Shown here one piece after another: positions 8,212-17,472 of a stretch of 37,948 nucleotides of DNA (positions are counted from its first letter, which is position 1; each line of letters begins with the position of its first letter). The notes under the pieces are model-generated. The model was not told the DNA's origin and did not search any database. It was given only the letters and a program-made list of their open reading frames with translations. The position numbers and the translations under genes are program-made. This DNA is from Planctomycetaceae bacterium (GTDB lineage Bacteria; Planctomycetota; Phycisphaerae; Phycisphaerales; SM1A02). The DNA lies in contig JAIYBS010000210.1 of NCBI GenBank assembly GCA_027488415.1, positions 1-37,948 of the forward strand. Direction: 5' to 3'.

Positions 8212-9255
8212 ATGCCCGTATCGCTGCCGCGCTCCCCGCTCCTCGGCCTCCTTGCCGGTCTCGCGTTCGCGCACGGCGCCTCCGCGGCATCGCAGCGATG
8301 GGCGTGCACGGTGGCGCCGACGAGCTCGTTCCAGCAGACGACGCAGATCCAGCTCCCGCTCGCGGGGACCTGGATCGGCAACTACGACGCCGTCACGAAC
8401 CCGACCGGTACGCAGACGAGGCCCGGGTTCTTCGGCGGCTCGGGCAACGTCGCGATCCCGTTCAGCGCGACGGTGAAGCCGACCGCGGAGATTCCCTCGA
8501 CCAACCCGACCGGGAGCTTCGAGCTCTCGCTCGACGCCGCGACGGGCGCGGTGCAGGTGTTCGGCTACGCCGTGAACTCGCTCGGCGCGCAGCAGGGCAC
8601 CGTGACGACGCGCATGGCGGTGACCTACCAGACGTTCCGGTCGTTCGCGCCGAACTCGACGTTCATCGGGCTGACGAACGTCGAGATCCCCGTCGATTCC
8701 GGCGCGCTCACCCGCGCCGATGCGCTGCAGTCCGGCCCGGCGATCGGGGCGGGAACGTTGAATCCGGACGGCACGTGGTCGTTCGTGGTCTCCGTGCCGG
8801 TGAACGTGACCGTGGAGGGAACGGCGCTTGCCGCGCCCTTCGCGTCGACCACGCCCGCACTGGTCGCGATGACCGGGACGATTGCGATCACGAAGACGGG
8901 CGTCACGGTCACCTCGCAGGGATCGGTGAACGAGACCGTCCCGGTGCTCGCACCGCCGCCGCTCGTCAACCAGCCGTTCGACCTGCCGACCGTCCTGCCG
9001 GCGGGCTCGGTCGCCCGCCTTCTGATCAACGGAACGTTCTCCGACGGCACGACCACCACGACGGCGTCGTCGACGATCGTCGCGCTGGGCACGCCCGTCG
9101 CGCGGTTCGGCGACCTGAACGGCGACGGCGTCGTGAACGGCGCGGACCTGGGTCTTCTGCTCGGCGCGTGGGGCAGCACGGGCCCCGGCGACCTGAACGG
9201 CGACGGCACGGTGAACGGCGCGGACCTCGGGCTTCTGCTCGGCGCCTGGGGCTGA
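8212..9255 (+). CDS. Secreted protein of unknown function with C-terminal twin dockerin-like repeat
   Basis: Track ORF with signal peptide MPVSLPRSPLLGLLAGLAFAHGASA. The Thr/Val/Gly-rich body matches no family I recognise. It ends GDLNGDGVVNGADLGLLLGAWG-STGP-GDLNGDGTVNGADLGLLLGAWG-stop. Confidence 0.8.
   Translation: MPVSLPRSPLLGLLAGLAFAHGASAASQRWACTVAPTSSFQQTTQIQLPLAGTWIGNYDAVTNPTGTQTRPGFFGGSGNVAIPFSATVKPTAEIPSTNPTGSFELSLDAATGAVQVFGYAVNSLGAQQGTVTTRMAVTYQTFRSFAPNSTFIGLTNVEIPVDSGALTRADALQSGPAIGAGTLNPDGTWSFVVSVPVNVTVEGTALAAPFASTTPALVAMTGTIAITKTGVTVTSQGSVNETVPVLAPPPLVNQPFDLPTVLPAGSVARLLINGTFSDGTTTTTASSTIVALGTPVARFGDLNGDGVVNGADLGLLLGAWGSTGPGDLNGDGTVNGADLGLLLGAWG
9112..9252 (+). repeat. Two 63-bp direct repeats (9112..9174 and 9190..9252, 78-bp period) encoding the two dockerin-like loops
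   Basis: Hand alignment gives 57/63 identical nucleotides. The differences are one codon (gtc/acg) and three synonymous third positions. Confidence 0.85.
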
Positions 9256-9259
9256 CGCC

Positions 9260-10237
9260 TCAGCCGGCGGTCAGCCACGGCAGCCGCGCGAGGTCGGCGT
9301 TCCCGCCGCAGAGGACGCACACCGTGGGCCGATCGAGCGGACCACCGACGCGGCCGGCGAGGATCGCAGCCACGCCCACCGCCGCGCTCGGCTCGATGAC
9401 GAGCCGCTCCTGCAGGAACACGAGGCGCATGGCCGCGATGATCTCGTCCTCCGAGACGAGCGCGATCGAGTCGACGAGGTCGCGCACCACGGGGAAGGTG
9501 AGCTCGCCGAGCGCGGTGCGCAGGCCGTCCGCGATCGTGACCGGCGGCCGCTGCGGCGAGATCCGGCCGGTGCGCTTGGACTCCTCGGCATCGCCGGCGA
9601 GCTCGGGTTCCGCGCCGACGATCCGGATGTCCGGGCGGACGCCGCGCGCGGCGATCGCGATCCCCGAGATCATGCCGCCGCCGCCGACCGGCACGACGAG
9701 CGTGGCTGCCTCGGGCAGCTGCTCGAGCAGCTCGAGGGCGATCGTTCCCTGGCCGGCGATGACCCACGGATGGTCGAAGGGCGGGACCATGGTCGCGCCG
9801 GTCCGCGCCTGGACCTCGGCCGCCGCGGCCTCGCGCTCCGCGCCCGAGTTGCCGCTGGTGACGACCGCGGCGCCGGCGCGCTCGACCGCGGCGCGCTTCG
9901 TGGGCGATGCATTCGCCGGCATCACGACGTGCGCCGGCATGCCGCGCTCCGCGGCCGCCGTCGCGAGCGCGAGCGCGTGGTTCCCCGAGCTGTGCGTGAC
10001 GACGCCGCGCGTCGCGTCGCGGTCGGCGATCGAGCGGACGGCATTCGTCGCGCCGCGGATCTTGAAGCTCCCCGTGCGCTGCATCGACTCGCACTTGAAC
10101 GCCACCTCGCGGCCCGCGAGCCCGGAGACCGCGTGCGCGGGAATCACGGGCGTTCGCAGCACGTGCGGCGCGATGCGGGCCGCCGCGGCCGCGATGTCCG
10201 CATGCGTCACGGCGTACGTGCGCTGCGGGTCGCTCAC
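9260..10237 (-). CDS. PLP-dependent threonine/serine dehydratase (serine-racemase-like, no ACT domain)
   Basis: Track ORF with the TGSFKIRGA PLP-lysine motif, SSGNHA and the VPVGGGGMISG glycine loop. At about 325 aa it is a fold-type II PLP enzyme. Confidence 0.85.
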   Translation of the reverse strand: MSDPQRTYAVTHADIAAAAARIAPHVLRTPVIPAHAVSGLAGREVAFKCESMQRTGSFKIRGATNAVRSIADRDATRGVVTHSSGNHALALATAAAERGMPAHVVMPANASPTKRAAVERAGAAVVTSGNSGAEREAAAAEVQARTGATMVPPFDHPWVIAGQGTIALELLEQLPEAATLVVPVGGGGMISGIAIAARGVRPDIRIVGAEPELAGDAEESKRTGRISPQRPPVTIADGLRTALGELTFPVVRDLVDSIALVSEDEIIAAMRLVFLQERLVIEPSAAVGVAAILAGRVGGPLDRPTVCVLCGGNADLARLPWLTAG

Positions 10238-10743
10238 GGCGCCGCCTGCGCGAGGCGCTCGCGTCCCCAGAGGATCCAGCTCGAGTCGGGCAGCGAGTGA
10301 CCCATGCTGCGGAACATGAAGGACAGCTGCGCGTTGTGGTAGAGGGCGTGCGTCGGCACCTGCATGCAGGCGTCGGCGACCGACTGCCTGTACTGCCTGC
10401 CGTCGCGCTCGCGGACGACGATCCGTCCGAGCTCGCGCTCGTCGAGGCGCGCGAGGTAGCCGTCCCAGCGGGTACGCACGTCCGCGAAGGCGGCGCGGAT
10501 CGCCGCGACGTCCGGCAGCTCGGCGGGATTCGGCATCGAGAGCGCCGCGTCGCCCTCGAGGACGCCGATCCAGATGCGCTCCGCGCCCACGAGGTGCGCG
10601 AAGGTCTTGTGCACGCTGCCGATGCCGATCGGGAACTCGCGCCGGAAGCCCTCGTCGCCGAGTGCTGCCGCGGCGTCGAGGGATCGGCCGGTCATCCAGC
10701 GCAGCCAGGCGTGCGCGTCACGGACGGTGTCGAGGCTCTGCAT
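10234..10743 (-). CDS. DinB-family (DUF664-like) four-helix-bundle protein
   Basis: Track ORF. Its TGA overlaps the dehydratase ATG (ATGA at 10234..10237). It has His-containing DinB-type blocks HKTFAHLVGAE and YHNAQLSFMFRSMGH. Confidence 0.7.
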   Translation of the reverse strand: MQSLDTVRDAHAWLRWMTGRSLDAAAALGDEGFRREFPIGIGSVHKTFAHLVGAERIWIGVLEGDAALSMPNPAELPDVAAIRAAFADVRTRWDGYLARLDERELGRIVVRERDGRQYRQSVADACMQVPTHALYHNAQLSFMFRSMGHSLPDSSWILWGRERLAQAAP

Positions 10744-10768
10744 TGCTCGACACGATATCCGCGCCGGG

Positions 10769-11713
10769 TCACTCGGCCGGGATCGCGCCCCACTCGAAGG
10801 ACTGGCGGTAGATCCGGCGGAGGATGTTGACCCCGACGTAGTCCACGCCGCTGACGGCGAGCAGCTTGCCCCGCAGCTCGTCGAAGTGCGCCTCGTCGCG
10901 AACGTTGAACTCGCACTGCACCGAGACGCGACCGGTGCAGGCGCTGAGGAACGCGAGCTCCGTGAACGCCGCGAGCTTCGGCAGCACCGCGGAGATGGGC
11001 TGGCTCAGGTGGAACTGCATCAGGCCCGACAGGTTCAGGTCGACGCGGGGCGGATCCGGAAGCGTGAGGATGCGCACCGTGCCGTCGCTGAGGAGCCTTC
11101 GGAAGCGGTCGGCCGCGCTCGTGGCGGAGATGCCGGTCCGCTGCGCGATGTCGGTGAACGAGATGCGCCCGTCGCGCTGCACCTCGCGGATGATCAGCCG
11201 GTCGGTCCGGTCGATCGTGCGCGGGAGCGGGGCCGAGCCCGTGGCGCGCTCGGGGCCGGCGAAGGCGAGCACCGTCTCGGACCGCACCCGGTACAGCAGC
11301 GGGTTGCCGCGGACCGAGCGGTCGAGGAGGTTGTTGAGCGCGACGCCGTTCTCCGCCACGCCGTAGGCGACCAGGTCGTCCTCGCCGAAGCAGCCGACCA
11401 CGTAGGAGAACTCCGGATGCTTCAGCAGCGACTCCGCGGCGGCGTCGACGCTTCCGCGGACGCGCATGTGCACCGCGAACTGCACCTCGAGGCCGAGCAC
11501 CTCCGGCGGCACGAAGCCGACGATCCGGACGGAGCGCTCCTCGATCAGCCGCGCCAACCGCCGACTGACGTTCGCCTCCGAGATGCCGGTCTGCTGCGCC
11601 AGGTCACGCCCCGACGCGCGACCGTCGGACGCAAGCATGGTGATGAGCTTCCTGTCCGCTTCGTCGAGCGGCGGGAGCGAGGGATCTGAGTATCGTGGCG
11701 GGCTACGGAGCAT
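10769..11713 (-). CDS. Lrp/AsnC-family transcriptional regulator with two tandem HTH+RAM modules
   Basis: Track ORF. Module 1 is DEADRKLITMLASDGRASGRDLAQQTGISEANVSRRLARLIEERSV. Module 2 is DRTDRLIIREVQRDGRISFTDIAQRTGISATSAADRFRRLLSDGTV. Confidence 0.85.
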   Translation of the reverse strand: MLRSPPRYSDPSLPPLDEADRKLITMLASDGRASGRDLAQQTGISEANVSRRLARLIEERSVRIVGFVPPEVLGLEVQFAVHMRVRGSVDAAAESLLKHPEFSYVVGCFGEDDLVAYGVAENGVALNNLLDRSVRGNPLLYRVRSETVLAFAGPERATGSAPLPRTIDRTDRLIIREVQRDGRISFTDIAQRTGISATSAADRFRRLLSDGTVRILTLPDPPRVDLNLSGLMQFHLSQPISAVLPKLAAFTELAFLSACTGRVSVQCEFNVRDEAHFDELRGKLLAVSGVDYVGVNILRRIYRQSFEWGAIPAE

Positions 11714-11942
11714 GTTTTTTGCCCCGGAAACGAAGCCCGGATCAGGATTTCGCGATCTGAATCGGCGTCAGGCCATTGCCTGCCCGTGTGCGTTGCTTGC
11801 CAACGCGGTGCGAGTCTATCGGCACTCCTACCGCCCCGGCTTGCGCACGTTGCGTGGGTTGTAGAAGCGCCGGATTTCATGGTGCATTCCCGGGGAATCT
11901 TGCGCTGTCGGGACTCATTCGCGTGACGGGCTACACTTCGCT

Positions 11943-12032
11943 CGTTCGCTCGGGGCGCGGCCGCATCGTGCGGTCCGCTGAGAAGCACCCGCGGAACCTG
12001 ATCCGGCTCGCACCGGCGTAGGGAAGCGAACG
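11943..12032 (+). promoter_or_regulatory. TPP (THI-box) riboswitch aptamer upstream of thiC
   Basis: CGGGGCGC...GCTGAGAAGCACCCGCGGAACCTGATCCGGCTCGCACCGGCGTAGGGAAGCG matches the conserved THI-box core (CUGAGA; ACCUGAUCYGG...ACCRGCGUAGGGA). P1 forms between CGTTCGCT (11943..11950) and AGCGAACG (12025..12032). The aptamer ends 81 nt before the thiC ATG. Confidence 0.9.
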
Positions 12033-12113
12033 GCCATCGGACCTCGCGGTCCGGCTGTTCGTCCTGCGACCGTCGAGCCCCGGCTGCGCGCGATGCGCGC
12101 AAGGTGTTGACCG

Positions 12114-14012
<1,899 letters not shown>

Positions 14013-14022
14013 TCGCCTCTGC

Positions 14023-15234
14023 TTACGCCGCGGACATGCCGAGCAGCAGGTCGGCACAGGCGGCGGGCCGACGGAGCAGCGCCTCGCCGGCGCGCGCCGC
14101 GACCTCGAAGGCCGCCCGCGGCCTTCCCATGCCTGCCGACGCGCGGCGCATCTCGGCGAGCCGCGCACGGTCCGCGACGAGCGCGGCGACGTGGGATGCG
14201 GCGGCCTGCGCGGACTCCGCGCGCACCGCCGCTCCGGCGGCGACGAGCGCCCTGGCGTTTCGCTCCTCCTGGCCCGGGATCGGGCGCAGCAGGACCATCG
14301 GGAGCCCGAGCGCGCGCGCCTCGGTGGTCGTCAGTCCGCCCGGCTTTCCGACGAGGATGTCGGCCGCGGACATCAGCTCGTGCATCACCTTCGTGTAGCC
14401 GATCACCGTGAGTGCGTTTCCGCGATCGGAGCCGGGCGAGCGCGCGGCCATCGCGACCAGCTGCCGCTCGAGCGGCTCGTTCCGTCCGCAGACGACGGTG
14501 ACGTCGCAGTCGCGGAGCGCCGCGAGCAGCTCGGTCACGGTGGACTCCACGTCGCCGATGCCGAAGCCGCCGCCGCTCACGAGGATCGCGGGCCGATGGG
14601 CGAGCGGCTCCGCGCGCCACGCGGCCATGGGCGCGATCAGCCCGAAGCGCGGGTCCACCGGGATGCCGGTCACGGCCACGCGCGACGGGTCGAGCCCGCC
14701 CGCGATCGCGGTCGAGCGCGCCTCCGTCGACGCGACGCAGGTGACGTCGCTCCCGCGGTGCAGCCACACCGCGTGCGGGTGCTCGTCGGTGACGACGGTG
14801 ACGAGCGGAGCGCGCAGCGCGCCGGAGAGCCGCCTGCGGCCGAGGACCGCGCTCGTGAGGAAGTGCGTGGAGACGACGAGGTCGGCCTCCGTGATCGCCG
14901 GATGCGCGCGGAACCTGCGCAGCACGCCGTCCTGGAGCCGGTCGAGCAGCGAGCCGATGCGGCGTGGCCCGTGCCGCGGCGTGTCGGTCCGGTCGTAGAT
15001 GGCGCCGACCGCGGCGGGCGCGTGCCGAACCGCGCGCAGGTAGCCGTCGCGGTACATCAGCGCGAACCAGGGGTCGGCGTTCTCGAGCGCGTCGACGAAG
15101 TTCGCCTGGCCGAGCTGCCCGCGCACGCGCATGGCGTCGCGGACCGCGAGCGCGGCGCGGCCGTGGCCGCAGCCGACCGCGGCACCGCAGAAGGCGACCG
15201 AGAGCGAACGGGATGCGGGGCGCTCAGGCTGCAT
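14023..15234 (-). CDS. MGDG-synthase-like diacylglycerol glycosyltransferase (GT28 family)
   Basis: Track ORF with the N-terminal G-loop LSVAFCGAAVGCGHGRAA and the C-terminal GT28 block VGKPGGLTTTEARALGLPMVLLRPIPGQEERNA. Confidence 0.75.
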   Translation of the reverse strand: MQPERPASRSLSVAFCGAAVGCGHGRAALAVRDAMRVRGQLGQANFVDALENADPWFALMYRDGYLRAVRHAPAAVGAIYDRTDTPRHGPRRIGSLLDRLQDGVLRRFRAHPAITEADLVVSTHFLTSAVLGRRRLSGALRAPLVTVVTDEHPHAVWLHRGSDVTCVASTEARSTAIAGGLDPSRVAVTGIPVDPRFGLIAPMAAWRAEPLAHRPAILVSGGGFGIGDVESTVTELLAALRDCDVTVVCGRNEPLERQLVAMAARSPGSDRGNALTVIGYTKVMHELMSAADILVGKPGGLTTTEARALGLPMVLLRPIPGQEERNARALVAAGAAVRAESAQAAASHVAALVADRARLAEMRRASAGMGRPRAAFEVAARAGEALLRRPAACADLLLGMSAA

Positions 15235-16042
15235 GGTCGACCGCCTCCTCCGTCGCGATCTGCTCGGGCTCCTCGGAGGGCTCGGGCGTCCATCCCGCGT
15301 CGCGCAGGAGCGCCTCGACGTCGATGATCTCGAGCGTCCCGTCGGCGTGCTCGACGAGCGCGCTCGCGCGCTCGATCCAGTCGCCGCAGTTCGCGTAGGT
15401 GATCCCGTCCTCGCGGACGTGGATCCGGGGCTCGTGGATGTGCCCGCAGACCACGCCGTCGAGCGAGCGCCGTCGTGCCTCCTCGGCCAGCATCCCCTCG
15501 AAGTTCGACACGAAGGTGCAGGCTCCCTTCACCTTCTTCTTGATCGTCTGCGAGAAGGACCAGCGCGGCAGGCCGACCAGCGCACGAGCGCCGTTGACGA
15601 TCCGGTTGAGCTCGACGAGCCAGTCGTACCCGAGCGTCCCGAGCTTCGAGAGGAGCTTCGAGTTCTGGACGACGAGGTCGAACTCGTCGCCGTGGCAGAT
15701 CAGGAACTGGCGGCCGTCGGCGAGGCGGTGGACCGCCTGCTTTGCGATGCGGATGCCGGCAAGGTCGAGGCCCGCGTAGGGGCGCAGCGACTCGTCGTGG
15801 TTGCCCGGGACGTAGGTGATCGCCACGCCGCGCTTGGCGAGCTTCAGGATGCGGCGAAGCACCTGGTTGTGCGTCGCCGGCCACGTCCAGCGCTGCCGCA
15901 GCGCCCACATGTCGACGATGTCGCCGACGAGGTACAGCCGCTCGCAGCGCACGCGCTTCAGGAACGCGGCAAACTCCTCGGCGCGCGCGCCGCGGAACCC
16001 GAGGTGGACATCGCTGACGAAGACTGTTCGGTACTGGAACAC
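15224..16042 (-). CDS. LpxH/PlcP-like calcineurin-type metallophosphoesterase (annotatable as UDP-2,3-diacylglucosamine diphosphatase)
   Basis: Track ORF. The start codon is GTG (forward cac at 16040..16042). Motifs SDVHLG, GDIVD, GNHD, CHGDEFD and CGHIH are present. The 3' end overlaps the GT28 gene by 11 nt. Confidence 0.75.
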   Translation of the reverse strand: MFQYRTVFVSDVHLGFRGARAEEFAAFLKRVRCERLYLVGDIVDMWALRQRWTWPATHNQVLRRILKLAKRGVAITYVPGNHDESLRPYAGLDLAGIRIAKQAVHRLADGRQFLICHGDEFDLVVQNSKLLSKLGTLGYDWLVELNRIVNGARALVGLPRWSFSQTIKKKVKGACTFVSNFEGMLAEEARRRSLDGVVCGHIHEPRIHVREDGITYANCGDWIERASALVEHADGTLEIIDVEALLRDAGWTPEPSEEPEQIATEEAVDHAA

Positions 16043-16152
16043 CGCGTGCCCTCCGAGTGCGGTCGGCCCAAGCGTCCATGCTCAGGTCCGCTCATCATGG
16101 GTCAGTCGTGTTCGGATCGGGTTCGGGACGCCCGATCTTCACGAGGAATGAA

Positions 16153-16182
16153 CACGGCCCGCCCCCGAGGGGGCGGGCCGTG
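16153..16182 (-). terminator. Strong GC hairpin, likely intrinsic terminator of the sigma-CHAT-S8-PepSY unit
   Basis: A perfect 13-bp stem CACGGCCCGCCCC / GGGGCGGGCCGTG with a 4-nt loop lies 24 nt beyond the PepSY-gene stop. On the transcribed strand it is followed by TTCATTCC, only a partial U-tract. Confidence 0.6.
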
Positions 16183-16206
16183 GCAGGCAGGCTTTCAGGT
16201 CGTCGG

Positions 16207-17337
16207 TCAGGGCTGCCACGCACCGACGAGGACGCCGAGGTCGGCTCCCGTGATCATGTTGTCGCCGGTGAGGTCGGCCGTCGGGTCGAACGCGCCCCAG
16301 AGGCCGACGAGGATCCCGAGGTCAGTGCCGGAGACCCGTCCGTCGCGGTCGAGGTCGGCGGCATGGAAGTTGACCGCGGCCTGGATCCGGAAGGCTGCGC
16401 TGTTGGTGGCGCTGACCACCACGTCGAGCTCGAATCCCTGGTCCGTGATGAGCTGCACGAGCCACGAGGAACCCGCGTCCTCGGCCTCGAACTCGATGCC
16501 GTGGAGGGCGGCGGTCGGGTGCTGCTCGAGCGCCGAGGCGAGCGCGGCCGAGGCGCTCACGGTGGCGGAGCCGAGCGCGGCGACTTCGTCCGCGAGGCGG
16601 GCCGCCTGGTCCGCGGTCGGGACCCAGCGGACGACGTCGAGGACCACCGAGTCGCCGGCGCGCGTGGTGACGAGCACGAGCTCGCCGGCCTTCGCGTCCC
16701 AGTGCAGGGACTCGAGCATCGCGCCGACGTCCTCGGCCTCCGCCTCCGCGGAGAGCGCGGGCGCGCCGGCCGCGGCGACCGCGGCATCGAGCGCGGAGAC
16801 GAAGTTCGCCCCGGGCACCGTCACCTCTTGGTCGTCGTCGGCACCGTGGTGCGGCACGACGTTGCCCGTGACCGAGTCGACGTACACGCGGGCATCGCTG
16901 CCGTCGAACGAGACCTGGTACGCGAGCATCGCGAGCTCGATGTCGAGGCTCACCTTCGAGACCGCGGCGCCCTCGGGACCATGCGGAATGGCGCGCTCGA
17001 CGGCACCGCCGAAGTCGATGGTCGCCTCCGGCAGCATCGAGAGGATCTGCTCGTAGAGGGCGACGTCTTCGGCCGGCGTCGCGGCCTGCTCGACGCCCAT
17101 GACCGCTCCGGACGTCCGGTTGACGCGGACGGACCAGTCGGTCCCGGGCGACTGGAAGAGATCGGCGTCGTACACCTGCACGCCGTTGCGGACGCGCTGC
17201 TCCACCTGCAGGAGCTTGCCGAGGGGAGCGGCGCCGCGTGCTGCCTTCGCCGCGGCGGCGAAGCCGACGTCGGCGGAGGCGGTCGCGCTGGCGAGCGTGA
17301 GCGAGGAGATGGCGAGAATGATCGTCGGGCTACGCAT
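16207..17337 (-). CDS. Secreted PepSY-repeat protein with C-terminal twin dockerin-like repeat
   Basis: Start chosen at ATG 17337 (MRSPTIILAISSLTLASATASA signal peptide) rather than the track start 17397. PepSY-like units are present (VQVYDADL...VRVNRTSGAVMGVE; YQVSFDGSDARVYVDSVTGNVV; further degenerate copies). The C-terminus is ADLDRDGRVSGTDLGILVGLWG...DLTGDNMITGADLGVLVGAWQP (16210..16359). Confidence 0.7.
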   Translation of the reverse strand: MRSPTIILAISSLTLASATASADVGFAAAAKAARGAAPLGKLLQVEQRVRNGVQVYDADLFQSPGTDWSVRVNRTSGAVMGVEQAATPAEDVALYEQILSMLPEATIDFGGAVERAIPHGPEGAAVSKVSLDIELAMLAYQVSFDGSDARVYVDSVTGNVVPHHGADDDQEVTVPGANFVSALDAAVAAAGAPALSAEAEAEDVGAMLESLHWDAKAGELVLVTTRAGDSVVLDVVRWVPTADQAARLADEVAALGSATVSASAALASALEQHPTAALHGIEFEAEDAGSSWLVQLITDQGFELDVVVSATNSAAFRIQAAVNFHAADLDRDGRVSGTDLGILVGLWGAFDPTADLTGDNMITGADLGVLVGAWQP

Positions 17338-17472
17338 GGATCTGGTTCCTGGTCTGGAAGGCGTGGAACGGGCGATGCATCCAAACGACGGATGCACCCC
17401 AATTGGTGGAGCACGCCGCTTCAGACCCAGATACCTCTTGGACTCGCGGATCTCGTCCGAGCGACCGGGAAA

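Noticed and set aside
14013-14022. Bidirectional terminators in the tiny convergent gaps thiC/GT28 (10 nt) and 347-aa gene/dehydratase (9256..9259, 4 nt)
   Set aside because: The gaps are too short to hold a hairpin and none spans the stops. Convergent transcripts probably overlap, but I have no evidence for a functional element.
16043-16152. Pho box (CTGTCAT-N4-CTGTCAT-like) upstream of the plcP-like gene; second weak hairpin GATCGGG/CCCGATC (16115..16137)
   Set aside because: There is no convincing direct repeat of the Pho-box type. The hairpin is short (7 bp, 9-nt loop) with no U-tract.
17338-17472. Upstream start 17397 for the PepSY gene, and a 7-bp hairpin TGCATCC/GGATGCA (17376..17396) as an S8 terminator
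   Set aside because: The signal peptide begins at M(17337), so the 20-aa extension is unlikely. The hairpin is weak with no U-tract, so it is not called.
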